Notes: generated from the sequence alone by a model not told the origin. A stretch of 48,637 nt of DNA from Desulfobacteria bacterium (GCA_035528755.1 DATKXZ010000023.1:1-48637); one strand, 5' to 3'; positions 1 to 8,982 are shown, counted from the first letter of the stretch. Made by a program: numbers and translations.

Positions 1-1000
1 GACGACAGGATCCGTCTGCGTTGTATTCGTATAGCTCCACGTCCAGTTCGTTATGTTCCCATTTACATCTATATCATAAGAACACGAGCCATTGAACGAG
101 GCTACCAGGCTGCAGTTCGTCGCATTCGGCACGAAGCACGCTACTGGCGGTTGCCCCACCAGTACGTCCTGCCAAGTCGTATTTTCACACCCATCCTTAT
201 CCGTTACCTTCAGTGTGACGTTGTACGTGTCTCCTACCGGGAACGCGTAGTTATTTAACTCCTCGTCGTAGCCCATCAGTACCGATATCGTCGGTTGTGA
301 CGTGTTCGTATAGCTCCACGTCCAGTTTGTTATAGACCCATTTACATCTATATCATAAGAACACGAGCCATTGAACGAGGCTACCAGGCTGCAGTTCGTC
401 GCGTTATTAGTAAAGCACGCTACTGGTGTTTGGCCCACGGTCACGTTCTGCCATGTCGTATTTTCACATCCACCATTGTCAGTTACCTTCAGTGTGACAT
501 TATACGTGTCCCCTATCGGGAACGCGTAATTGTCCAACTGCTCACCATAACCCATGAGGACGACAGGATCCGTCTGCGTTGTATTCGTATAACTCCACGT
601 CCAGTTCGCTATAAACCCATTTACATCCATATCATATGAACACGAGCCGTTGAACGATGCGTTCAGACTGCAGTTCGTCGCATTCGGCACGAAGCACGCT
701 ACTGGGTTTTGACCCACGGTCACGTTCTCTGAATATGTAGCATTACAGCCATCGTTATCGGTTACCTCCAGCGTGACGTTGTAAGTGTCTCCGATCGAGA
801 AGACATAATATCCCACTCCATTTAATGGCTCTTCGTAGCCCATCAGCACCGGTGTCGGATTCGTTGTATTCGTATACGTCCACGTCCAGTTCACGATATT
901 ACCATCGGGATCAGAAGAACACGAAGCATTGAACGATGCGTTCAGACTACAATTTGTCGCTGTTGGCACGAAGCACGCCGTGGGACATATATATACCTGC
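1..1000. repeat. Tandem in-frame nucleotide repeats, period ~279 nt (93 codons), about 3.6 units. The array continues past the window start.
   Basis: The string ttcgtatagctccacgtccagtt recurs at 26, 305 and 584, with a diverged copy at 869. Positions 1-125 and 559-683 are near-identical. Confidence 0.85.
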
Positions 1001-2100
1001 GTTGCCGAGCTGGCATCCGTTGGCAGTGTTTCATTACTGTATATCCATGCGGTATTGTTAATCCATGTTCCAACACCAACCGTGTCATTTACGTTCACCG
1101 TTAGATAAACCGAATTACACGTTCCATTAACCACCGTATCGATGTTCCACGTAATGTTCTTTGTTGTAGAGTTATAGGTGCCTTCATCAGTTGCACTTAC
1201 AAAGGTCGTATTGTCAGGTAATGTATCGTTGATATACACGCCCGTTGCGTTTGTGTTGCCGGTATTACAGTAGGTGATATTATACGTGATATTCGAGTTG
1301 AGACACAGGCAGGTGTCTGATGGTGCCGACTTGGTAATGGTAAGGTTAGGGCTGTTGAGTTGTACCCATTCCGTCCAATCTTCGGGAATAGGATCATCGT
1401 TGGAACCTGCAGATGCCTGGAAAGATGCATTGTCGGGACTGCCGCCAAGCCATTTTGATACATTATCTACTGACATTTCCACAATAGGATTTGTCACATC
1501 GGCACCGCTTCCTCCTGTACTGCTTTTGTCGATGGATCCATTCGGAGAGACAGTTGTTACTAATGTTTGGTTGGGTAGATATCGTAGTCTTACACCGTCT
1601 ATGGAATAACGAATTTTAAAATCGGCATCTGCTGAACCCTGGTTGATCCAGGAAGTAGTTACATTCCCATCCCGATCAATCCAGATGGTGTATTGTTCCC
1701 CACCATCCACCCGTGATGCGTTGTTGTTAATATTTGTATCGTTTCCCGGATCATCATTTATTATATTAAGACGGAAGTAGAGCGTATCCTTTGTTACATC
1801 ATAGTAGCCCCAGAATCCCATGCCTGTGGAGTTGTTTATGACGTATCCGTCTGGTGGATACTGCGTCTGGTTAATATCGTCATGCTCCCACCTCGTATAA
1901 TCAGTCATATGCTGATACGGACTCCAATCACTCCGATCACCATCCACCGTTATCTCCGGTACACCCGCCGTCGGAATCACTGCTGTAAATACCGAAATCA
2001 GCATTATTGCCGCAAAAGCTATTCCTAACGCTTTTCTACTCTTTCCTGTCCTCCTCTTAGTCTCTCTTGTAAAGTCTAATTTTTTAAATGTATTGTTCAT
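1..2100 (-). CDS. Secreted surface protein with an N-terminal signal/TM segment, a DUF11-like conserved-repeat region and tandem PKD-like domains. Partial: the C-terminus lies beyond the window start.
   Basis: Not in the ORF track because it has no stop in the window. The reverse complement of 2100 downward reads MNNTFKKLDFTRETKRRTGKSRKALGIAFAAIMLISVFTAV..., open to position 1. An ATG at 2100-2098 is preceded by AGGAGGTGA. The distal part reads as repeated ~93-aa units (VACF.PNATNCSL.ASFNGSCSYD.DVNG.I.NWTWSYTNT...GDTYNVTLKVTD..GC), typical of PKD domains. Confidence 0.75.
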   Translation of the reverse strand, partial: MNNTFKKLDFTRETKRRTGKSRKALGIAFAAIMLISVFTAVIPTAGVPEITVDGDRSDWSPYQHMTDYTRWEHDDINQTQYPPDGYVINNSTGMGFWGYYDVTKDTLYFRLNIINDDPGNDTNINNNASRVDGGEQYTIWIDRDGNVTTSWINQGSADADFKIRYSIDGVRLRYLPNQTLVTTVSPNGSIDKSSTGGSGADVTNPIVEMSVDNVSKWLGGSPDNASFQASAGSNDDPIPEDWTEWVQLNSPNLTITKSAPSDTCLCLNSNITYNITYCNTGNTNATGVYINDTLPDNTTFVSATDEGTYNSTTKNITWNIDTVVNGTCNSVYLTVNVNDTVGVGTWINNTAWIYSNETLPTDASSATQVYICPTACFVPTATNCSLNASFNASCSSDPDGNIVNWTWTYTNTTNPTPVLMGYEEPLNGVGYYVFSIGDTYNVTLEVTDNDGCNATYSENVTVGQNPVACFVPNATNCSLNASFNGSCSYDMDVNGFIANWTWSYTNTTQTDPVVLMGYGEQLDNYAFPIGDTYNVTLKVTDNGGCENTTWQNVTVGQTPVACFTNNATNCSLVASFNGSCSYDIDVNGSITNWTWSYTNTSQPTISVLMGYDEELNNYAFPVGDTYNVTLKVTDKDGCENTTWQDVLVGQPPVACFVPNATNCSLVASFNGSCSYDIDVNGNITNWTWSYTNTTQTDPVV

Positions 2101-2272
2101 CTTTTTTTCTTTTCACCTCCTATTTTTTTATAGTACATACAAAAAGGGGAATATGAAACATAAGCGTCAACTTCACTTCTATCGCTGGCCAGCTGATACT
2201 TTTTCCTTCTCCCCTTTCCTTATATGCTATTTAGTAGGTATTTAAAGGTTTCGATTATTCTCACTTCCTTTT

Positions 2273-2281
2273 AAAAAAAAA
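2273..2281 (-). terminator. Oligo-T run (T9 on the minus strand) downstream of the 2369..2965 gene.
   Basis: An A9 run on the plus strand lies ~90 nt after the stop codon. Archaeal termination commonly uses oligo-T tracts. Confidence 0.3.
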
Positions 2282-2368
2282 TCTTCCGCCTTGCGCGCTC
2301 AACGAGTCGCACGCGACGGCGTGAGGAAGTGAAATACGTTGGGCGGCGACATTAATGAAGTGGCGTAG

Positions 2369-2965
2369 TCAACCGTGTAAGGCCTTCTCGCCTCTAAAAA
2401 ACTCCTGATAGCAGATCACGAACCAGATACCAAAGACCACGGCGAGACCGATAACCCCCAGTGAATCGACCACGAGCGTCGCAAACCCCAGACGGTGCAG
2501 ATAATGGAGTTCGATGAAATAGGGGAGATGCGCCACGATATCGAGCACATGCAAAAGGAACAGAATCGGTACGCCGATCGCCAGCATCTCCAGTCGACGC
2601 CGCACCACCAACTTCGGCGTTGCTACTGCTAACGCAAGTAACGGCACCAAATTGAAATTCACAAGGTATGCACCGGAGAAATCCATCCCGGAGATCTGTG
2701 CAGGAGTATAACCCATGAGCAGTAAAATCAGTCTGGCGACGAAGAAAACGGCAGCCTGATAAAACTCACCGATATAATACCACACGCCTAAGAAGACCGC
2801 GGAGACCAGCATGAATTCCAGTAAAAAGAGCACAATCTGCCGGTCACTTAAGCCAAAGAGGAGTGGCTTTTCTTTTTCTTCTTCTTCTTTTTCTTTTACT
2901 CTCTCGGCGCCTTCCGACTTCTTCTTTGCCTTCGCTTTCCGCTTTTCGTTCGCTTTTACGGTCAT
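2369..2965 (-). CDS. Polytopic membrane protein with a Lys/Glu-rich cytoplasmic N-terminal tail. Possibly a Cys-less paralogue of the neighbouring archaeosortase-like protein.
   Basis: 198-aa ORF. The N-terminus reads KANEKRKAKAKKKSEGAERVKEKEEEEKEK and is followed by about five hydrophobic helices. It has the same overall architecture as 3035..3793 but no Cys in the equivalent segment. Confidence 0.6.
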   Translation of the reverse strand: MTVKANEKRKAKAKKKSEGAERVKEKEEEEKEKPLLFGLSDRQIVLFLLEFMLVSAVFLGVWYYIGEFYQAAVFFVARLILLLMGYTPAQISGMDFSGAYLVNFNLVPLLALAVATPKLVVRRRLEMLAIGVPILFLLHVLDIVAHLPYFIELHYLHRLGFATLVVDSLGVIGLAVVFGIWFVICYQEFFRGEKALHG

Positions 2966-3004
2966 TTTTAACCGGGCTACACTTAACGCGTGTTTTTGAG
3001 TGGT

Positions 3005-3034
3005 GTAAAGTAAAGTAAAGTAAAGTAAAGTAAA
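3005..3034. repeat. Perfect pentanucleotide microsatellite (GTAAA)x6.
   Basis: Read directly as gtaaagtaaagtaaagtaaagtaaagtaaa. It abuts the stop codon (3035-3037) of the archaeosortase-like gene and lies upstream of the 2369..2965 gene. Confidence 0.95.
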
Positions 3035-3793
3035 TTATTTCACTATCAGTTTGAGCCAGAGTAGAAATATCACCACCACAAAGATAATGAACGATGCCTG
3101 CCAGAGATACACGTGCACAAACTCGAACAGATGCGGTGCGGAGAGGCCAACGAGTGTTATGACGCTGAGGCGGACCATATTGATCGCATAGAGCGAGGGC
3201 ACGCCGAAGGCGACGCCCAGGCCTTTATTCTTTAACGTGGTGGGGTATGCAAGGATGCACGCGGAATAAACAATCGAGGAAAATACAGCCGTGCATTCGT
3301 CTATTATCTCCAGTGAGAAACCGTTGATCGTTACCACCGCTCCATCGACTACCACACGCGCACCTCCTACCGAGAAGAGTGCCCCCAAAATACTCGCGGT
3401 GATCGTATTCACGTGCGCCAGTGCAGTGGAACCGCTACTCGCAAAATAATAATACAGAAGATAAAAGGCGAGACAAAAGGATAAAAAAAGAGCAACGTAC
3501 TGGAGCGTTTCTCTGTTCTCCCTTGCCCGTTCCAACACGGGGGTTGCGACAGTTCGCCGAACAGGTGTCACCGCTTTAGTTCTCTCTTCTACCTTCTTCG
3601 CCTTCTTGCTTGTGCTTTTGCTGCTCCGTTTACCCTTCCCTTCTGCTTTTGCTTTTTTACTCATATGATCGAGCGGTGTAGTTGTTTCACTTCGATTAAT
3701 CCTAACGTTGTCTATCGGTGACTTATTATAGATTTGTTTTACGCTAACGTATGTATCGCGGGCGATGGATAAAGCCACAGCACAGCAAGCCAC
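3035..3793 (-). CDS. Exosortase/archaeosortase-family transpeptidase (short form) with a Lys-rich N-terminal tail.
   Basis: Contains LEIIDECTAVFSSIVYS (candidate catalytic Cys), AINMVRLSVI (Asn..Arg motif) and HLFEFVHVYLW (His) within a multi-TM core. It lies adjacent to a PGF-CTERM substrate gene. An internal ATG at 3664 (MSKKAKAEGK...) is an alternative start. Confidence 0.65.
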   Translation of the reverse strand: MACCAVALSIARDTYVSVKQIYNKSPIDNVRINRSETTTPLDHMSKKAKAEGKGKRSSKSTSKKAKKVEERTKAVTPVRRTVATPVLERARENRETLQYVALFLSFCLAFYLLYYYFASSGSTALAHVNTITASILGALFSVGGARVVVDGAVVTINGFSLEIIDECTAVFSSIVYSACILAYPTTLKNKGLGVAFGVPSLYAINMVRLSVITLVGLSAPHLFEFVHVYLWQASFIIFVVVIFLLWLKLIVK

Positions 3794-3900
3794 GACGACA
3801 AGTCACAAGAGTTCACACCGCTATCGGCGACCCATCACCTAGCATAAACCCGTCACCATGCATGCACAGCGTGAAAAAAATAAAAAAATGTGCGATTTGG

Positions 3901-4644
3901 TTACTCGTTCCGTCTCCACATCAGCAGATAGGCAACTGCTAACAAGCCTGCAATGGCGAACCCTGCTCCGAAGCCAGGTTCCTCAGGCGTTGGTGTTGCT
4001 GTTGGCCCAGGCGTTGTGCCCGGTGTTACCGTCGGTACAGGTGTTCCCGTTGCACCGGATGTCGGACTTGGTGTTCCCGTTGCACCTGCTGTTGATGTCG
4101 GCGTCGGTGTTATACCCGGCGATGTCGTTCCCGTTGGTGTCGGTGTTGACGTAGTGCCGCCGTTGCCTCCGCTTGAGCCGCCGCCGTTACCATTACCTCC
4201 GTCTCCAAGCGCAGTAAGGTTAACCGTGGTGGTATTGGTTACGACGAGATCAACCAGATCCGCTTCCGCTGTAATTGTTGCCACGCCCGGTTCCGTGCCT
4301 GCGGTTAATGTAGCAGTTGCCACAAGCGTTTGATTATCCACCACTGCGAATTCCGTTATCGTTCCTAACGTGGTATCAAAAGTGACATTCACCAGTGGCG
4401 TGTACCACACCCACTCGCTGCCCTCATTGAATGGCTCCCATACGTGCGCGGTAATTATCGCGGTAGAACTCCCATCTGCCGGGATATAAGTTGGATTCGC
4501 TGTCAGTTCTATATATGGTACCTCCTCCGGCGGTGGCGGTGGTCCTTGAGCAACTACGGGGACTACAGAAGCAAATGCCACTGCTGAAATCACTATAGCC
4601 AGCATGAATCCCAATCCTGCCAATTTCTCCTTCATTCGTCTCAC
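3901..4644 (-). CDS. Secreted Ig-like-domain glycoprotein with a Thr/Pro-rich linker and a PGF-CTERM archaeosortase sorting signal.
   Basis: Has a signal peptide (LAGLGFMLAIVISAVAFASVVPVVAQG), a Big-like domain and a TPTPTGTTSPG...PTATPTPEE linker. The C-terminus is PGFGAGFAIAGLLAVAYLLMWRRNE. The track start is GTG at 4644, with an ATG at 4635. AAGGAGGTGA lies upstream. Confidence 0.85.
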   Translation of the reverse strand: MRRMKEKLAGLGFMLAIVISAVAFASVVPVVAQGPPPPPEEVPYIELTANPTYIPADGSSTAIITAHVWEPFNEGSEWVWYTPLVNVTFDTTLGTITEFAVVDNQTLVATATLTAGTEPGVATITAEADLVDLVVTNTTTVNLTALGDGGNGNGGGSSGGNGGTTSTPTPTGTTSPGITPTPTSTAGATGTPSPTSGATGTPVPTVTPGTTPGPTATPTPEEPGFGAGFAIAGLLAVAYLLMWRRNE

Positions 4645-4775
4645 TTCTTAACTCTTCACCTCCTTAATATTTATACCTTTATTTTTCCGCATACCTCAAG
4701 TTCATCCCAGTAGTATTTAAAACTGTACTGATTTTTGTGTTTTTCTACTCACTTCACATAAGAGAGGTCGCAGCG

Positions 4776-4821
4776 AAAATAAAAAAAGTCGTAAGTGGGA
4801 ATAAAAAAGGCATTCCCACTT
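4776..4821 (-). terminator. Hairpin plus T-run after the large surface protein gene.
   Basis: A perfect 10-bp inverted repeat pairs aagtgggaat (4793-4802) with attcccactt (4812-4821) around a 9-nt loop. On the minus strand it is followed by TTTTTTTATTTT (4776-4787), 45-90 nt downstream of the stop at 4867. Confidence 0.5.
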
Positions 4822-4866
4822 CCATCTTATAAATTTTAGTTTTGCCTCGTTAGTTAGTTGGTTGGT

Positions 4867-7800
4867 CTATACCACCATTCTCCAGTATCCTCTGGTTTGC
4901 TTCAGATCATAGGTACCTACGTACCCGAAGCCATTCCACCAGTAAGACTTGTATGATACGGTTTGATCCGAGTAGCCGACACCGAATAAGTACCACCTGT
5001 TAAAGCCAGGTGTCATCCAGGCGTCATCGAACGGTGCAGCCGTGCCGACTAGCTCTACGACATCTCCATCTGGTAGCGGACAGTAGATAAAGTAGCCGCG
5101 CTTGGGGTCGAGTGTATCACTCGGGCCTAACGTATCCCAGCTCTGCAAAGCCTCATCCCAGGTCCACACCACGTCGACCCAGTCATAGTCCATTGGGTCG
5201 AATATTGTGCTCACATTGTCTGTGGTGTTCACATTGGCGGAGAACTGGTTCCAGCCGTTACTGAGTACAAGCCGACAGCAATCGCTGCTGACGTTTACCG
5301 TATGCGTCTTCGTACCGGTGTTCCCGTAGATATCCCGTGCAGTCACTGTTATAGTGTATGGCCCGTTTAAGAGATACGAATGCGTGAAGCAGACAGGCGA
5401 TCCCGCATCCGACATGATTTGGGTTGGCGCGGTCTCTCCATCTCCCCAGGTCACCCAGATCTCAAGCCCCTGCGACATCTGGTCATCAGTTGTTCCATCC
5501 GTGCATACGGTAACATCCTGGCATCCCGTGACATTGGTTGGTGTGTCAGGCGTGACGTTAATATTCACAGTAGGGTCTAAACCCGTGATCGTTGGCGGTG
5601 TCTCGTCAATCTCGTTGATGTAAATGCCCTCCATGTTAAATACATCGTACACAAAGGCTACTCTGAATTCATCTGGGTATGTGATATCCGCGAGAGAGTA
5701 CTCCGCATTTGGCGCTAAGAACGACGTGGTTACCAGATAATCATTGTGCAAGGTACTACTTCCAGACTTCCATTCGCTCTCGTTGAAGTCCCAGCGAGCA
5801 TTATCACCAGGCAGCACGAACTCCGTGAACTGGTCTGGTAATGTCCGAACGTCGTATTGCGTCCAGTCCTCGTCAGGTTCGTCGGAACCAAGGTATAGTG
5901 TCTCGTTCAGTATCTGCAAGAGGTTCGTTGAGTACCGTGGCTCAATGACTTCTGCGATGTAGAAGATCTCCAGTGCGGGAATACCCTCAAGGATGCGCTC
6001 CCTCACCGTGTAATCATCCTCATCCCCGGCATCGATGTCGTCCACAATAGCATGCGTCCCACAGAATGGCGGGTTCAACGGTAGAATCGTCTTGTTCGGC
6101 CATCGGTCAACCCACTGCGATGTCGGCAGATCTTCCTCGAAATCACCCGTTCCTTTTGGTAATGGTGTTCGTATTGTTATATACGTGAATTTATCCGAAA
6201 AGGTATCACCGTTGGTATCTTTAACCTCGATAGCGGACACATCGTACCGTATACCCTCCACGTAGAAGATATCACCTGCTTGTAGTTCCTTACCCACGGT
6301 TATCATTGACTTGTTATAGCCAGGGATGTCAGCTTCGTATCGTGCATACCAGGTTCTGTATGGATGATCTGGTGTGGACGCCTCGACATAGTGCATATCG
6401 AAGAATTTCTCCGTAGGTTCTATGGTTGCACCTGCAGGAGTCCAGGATCCTCCACTTCCTGATTCGTTATTTCCGACGTACGTTAGAACGACAGAAGCAT
6501 TCTTGTAGTGCAGAACCGGATCCTCAGTATACCAATTGTATTTCAGCTTGAAGTCCATGAACTGGATTTCCTCGCCCTCATCTAACGTGTACGTCTTCTC
6601 TATCCGTATCGTGCCGTTCAGCGTCTTGTTGTTGGTCAGGACGGATCCGTTAACATAACTCAGAGTAACTACATTTTCTCTCATAGGATCGCTGGTCGGG
6701 TTCTCGAAGAGGTCAAGTCCTGCCGGTGCTGTAGTGAAGTTGGAAGCTATGGGGAACACAAAGAAGGTTCCTTTAAGTACGCCTCCCGGTAAAGGATCGA
6801 AGTCCACGTTGTCTACAAGCATGTACGTTGACTCCACTTCGATGGTCGCTTCTGGGCCTGTCGGTGTCTTGTCATCTGAGAAGTTATGCGCTGGCTCATA
6901 CCAAATCCTCAAGAACTTCTTCACTGCCGCGTTTAGGCCGTCCGAAACAATTGGATAGTCTGCACTCCGCTCCACAATTGCGGGGTTGAAGGTTATTGAG
7001 TCCTTCCTTAACGCCGCGGGATTGAATGGATATTGATAGTTGCTGTAGATCCATGACCCGTTACCTAAGGTGTAAGCATTTACGGGTCCCCGGTCATCTT
7101 CGCCATAGATGCGCAGCCGGGAATAATAATCGCCATAGCTGTTTACGTAGATGTCCATCTCGTCACCCATCAGCGTATCCGTTCCCAGCACATCATCTTC
7201 CGGCTCAACGTCATACGCGAATGCAACTCGCGGCATCTCTGATGATCGGTTCATCTCCGAAAGTCCCATCGAATTCGGTGCGTAGAATGAGCTTACAAGC
7301 AGATAATCGCCGCTCTTGTTCACTGGTGGCGTCGGCACATCCCAAAGCGTGGGTAGTGCAAACGCTGTGTAATGGTCTGGTTCCGTTTCAATGTCAAAGT
7401 GGGTCCAGCTATCTACCGGTGGAGGCGTACTGAAATTTTCTAACAGTATCTCGTACAGCTCAGTGTCAAATCTCGGCTCTACGGCCTCTTCAATGTATGC
7501 GAACACCAACGGTTCCACTTTGCTTGGGGATATTCGCTCCTCGGTATCATTCAATATCCAATTACCATCATTATCTGGATCCATCGGCGTCCAGCCTAAA
7601 CCTGATGGTGGATTCGGCATCGTCAGGTAGCGCTCTTCTAATCCGGTTAGAGGATATGTATCGGGCTCCCACAGCACGACGTTTATGTCATCGACGATGT
7701 AATGATCCGCATTGAACGGCGGGTTCAACGGTATTGTCTCTTCAGGGGCAATCGCATCGAGCCACTGTGATGACACGATCTTGTCATCAATGAAGCTCCT

Positions 7801-8940
7801 TGTGCCATCAGTATCCTTTGGTAGCGGCGTCCTCAGCGTGATATATTTGAAGGCATCTCCAACTGTATCGCCACTTGTATCTATTACCTCAATCGCGGGC
7901 ACGTCGTATCGAACGCCATTCACGTAGAACGTATCTCCTGCTGTAATGCGTTTACCCACGACGATCTGAGCAAAGCCACCTCCGAACGCGTCGAATCGCG
8001 CATACCAGGTTCTCTCAGGATGGCTATAGGTGTTATACCTCACGTTATGTCTGTCAAACCAGGTATTCCCGTCTGGATCATCAGCCGCGCCATTATCGTA
8101 TCTTCCCAAAAGGCACCCCACAAACGTGTCATCTTCCACATTGCCCGCATACGACATTCTTACCTTGGCAAACGTATTGCCCGTGACCGGATGCGTAACC
8201 GTATAGAGATACTGTAGTTTGTGGTCTAAGAATTGTACTTTATCGTCCGGAGCCATAGAATATCCCTTTTCAATCTGTATCGTTCCACTCGTGGTCTTAT
8301 TGAAGCTAACCGTCAAGTCTTCCGATGTTACATCCACAAGCTTGACAGTGTTATTCGTCGCTAAATAAGTTTCGATCCCTACATCATTTGCGAATGAGCC
8401 AAGCCCGGTTTGATTCAGCTTCTCTGCTATCGGGAAGACGAATTGCGAGTTGTTCCTTCCTGATACGGGCATTATATTAACTGCGTCTACCAGCATATAG
8501 GTCGTTTCAACTTCGATGGTTGGGTAGTGGTAATCGGTGGAGCTGTAGTAATGGTGTGGCTCGTACCAGAGTCTGAGGTACTTCTTGACGTCTATGTCAC
8601 GGTTGCCATCGCTAGTATTTGCAAACATGGCGTCATATTCACCGTCCTTTACAATTGCAGGGTTGAAGACCAGCACATCCTTTTGCAGTGCAGTTGGGTC
8701 AAAGGCGTCCGCATAGTTGGGGTAGACAAATTGCCCCTGAGAATCATAGACCGTAACCGCAGGGCCCTCGTCGAGTTCACCGTACACGCGCAGCGTTGCC
8801 TTATAAAGCGAGACGTTACCTATTCCCTCATTACCTTCTGGCGGTCCTGGTGGTTGTGAAGCGACTGGTAATACCGTAAATATCGAAGCAATCATTATAA
8901 GCGCTAGTGTTATTCCTATTATATTCTTTTTAGTATTCAT
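4867..8940 (-). CDS. Very large secreted cell-surface protein (S-layer-like candidate): two tandem ~500-aa homologous modules, one PKD domain and a Trp/Tyr-rich C-terminal domain.
   Basis: The track ORF is 4867..8955, starting at a GTG inside the SD sequence. The ATG at 8940 (MNTKKNIIGITLALIMIASIFTVLPVASQ) lies 11 nt after GGAGGTGA and is the likelier start. The internal duplication is visible in LRVYGELDEGP/LRIYGEDDRGP, KKYLRLWYEP/KKFLRIWYEP, TIEVETTYMLVD/TIEVESTYMLVD, RTWYARFDA/RTWYARYEA and YITLRTPLPK/YITIRTPLPK. Confidence 0.85.
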   Translation of the reverse strand: MNTKKNIIGITLALIMIASIFTVLPVASQPPGPPEGNEGIGNVSLYKATLRVYGELDEGPAVTVYDSQGQFVYPNYADAFDPTALQKDVLVFNPAIVKDGEYDAMFANTSDGNRDIDVKKYLRLWYEPHHYYSSTDYHYPTIEVETTYMLVDAVNIMPVSGRNNSQFVFPIAEKLNQTGLGSFANDVGIETYLATNNTVKLVDVTSEDLTVSFNKTTSGTIQIEKGYSMAPDDKVQFLDHKLQYLYTVTHPVTGNTFAKVRMSYAGNVEDDTFVGCLLGRYDNGAADDPDGNTWFDRHNVRYNTYSHPERTWYARFDAFGGGFAQIVVGKRITAGDTFYVNGVRYDVPAIEVIDTSGDTVGDAFKYITLRTPLPKDTDGTRSFIDDKIVSSQWLDAIAPEETIPLNPPFNADHYIVDDINVVLWEPDTYPLTGLEERYLTMPNPPSGLGWTPMDPDNDGNWILNDTEERISPSKVEPLVFAYIEEAVEPRFDTELYEILLENFSTPPPVDSWTHFDIETEPDHYTAFALPTLWDVPTPPVNKSGDYLLVSSFYAPNSMGLSEMNRSSEMPRVAFAYDVEPEDDVLGTDTLMGDEMDIYVNSYGDYYSRLRIYGEDDRGPVNAYTLGNGSWIYSNYQYPFNPAALRKDSITFNPAIVERSADYPIVSDGLNAAVKKFLRIWYEPAHNFSDDKTPTGPEATIEVESTYMLVDNVDFDPLPGGVLKGTFFVFPIASNFTTAPAGLDLFENPTSDPMRENVVTLSYVNGSVLTNNKTLNGTIRIEKTYTLDEGEEIQFMDFKLKYNWYTEDPVLHYKNASVVLTYVGNNESGSGGSWTPAGATIEPTEKFFDMHYVEASTPDHPYRTWYARYEADIPGYNKSMITVGKELQAGDIFYVEGIRYDVSAIEVKDTNGDTFSDKFTYITIRTPLPKGTGDFEEDLPTSQWVDRWPNKTILPLNPPFCGTHAIVDDIDAGDEDDYTVRERILEGIPALEIFYIAEVIEPRYSTNLLQILNETLYLGSDEPDEDWTQYDVRTLPDQFTEFVLPGDNARWDFNESEWKSGSSTLHNDYLVTTSFLAPNAEYSLADITYPDEFRVAFVYDVFNMEGIYINEIDETPPTITGLDPTVNINVTPDTPTNVTGCQDVTVCTDGTTDDQMSQGLEIWVTWGDGETAPTQIMSDAGSPVCFTHSYLLNGPYTITVTARDIYGNTGTKTHTVNVSSDCCRLVLSNGWNQFSANVNTTDNVSTIFDPMDYDWVDVVWTWDEALQSWDTLGPSDTLDPKRGYFIYCPLPDGDVVELVGTAAPFDDAWMTPGFNRWYLFGVGYSDQTVSYKSYWWNGFGYVGTYDLKQTRGYWRMVV

Positions 8941-8982
8941 TTTTTTTCTTTTCACCTCCTAAATGCTTTGATTGCAAGGAAG

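Noticed and set aside
3005-3034. The (GTAAA)x6 repeat as a sign of a Borg-like extrachromosomal element.
   Set aside because: It is the only such perfect repeat in 48 kb. The composition and the housekeeping gene content look chromosomal.
5354-8859. About ten plus-strand ORFs of 65-135 aa inside the large surface protein gene. Similar ones lie inside 3901-4644 (e.g. 3953..4333, Pro/Val-rich).
   Set aside because: They are antisense shadows of a long, clearly coding minus-strand ORF. They have low-complexity or Arg/Ser-rich composition and no motifs.
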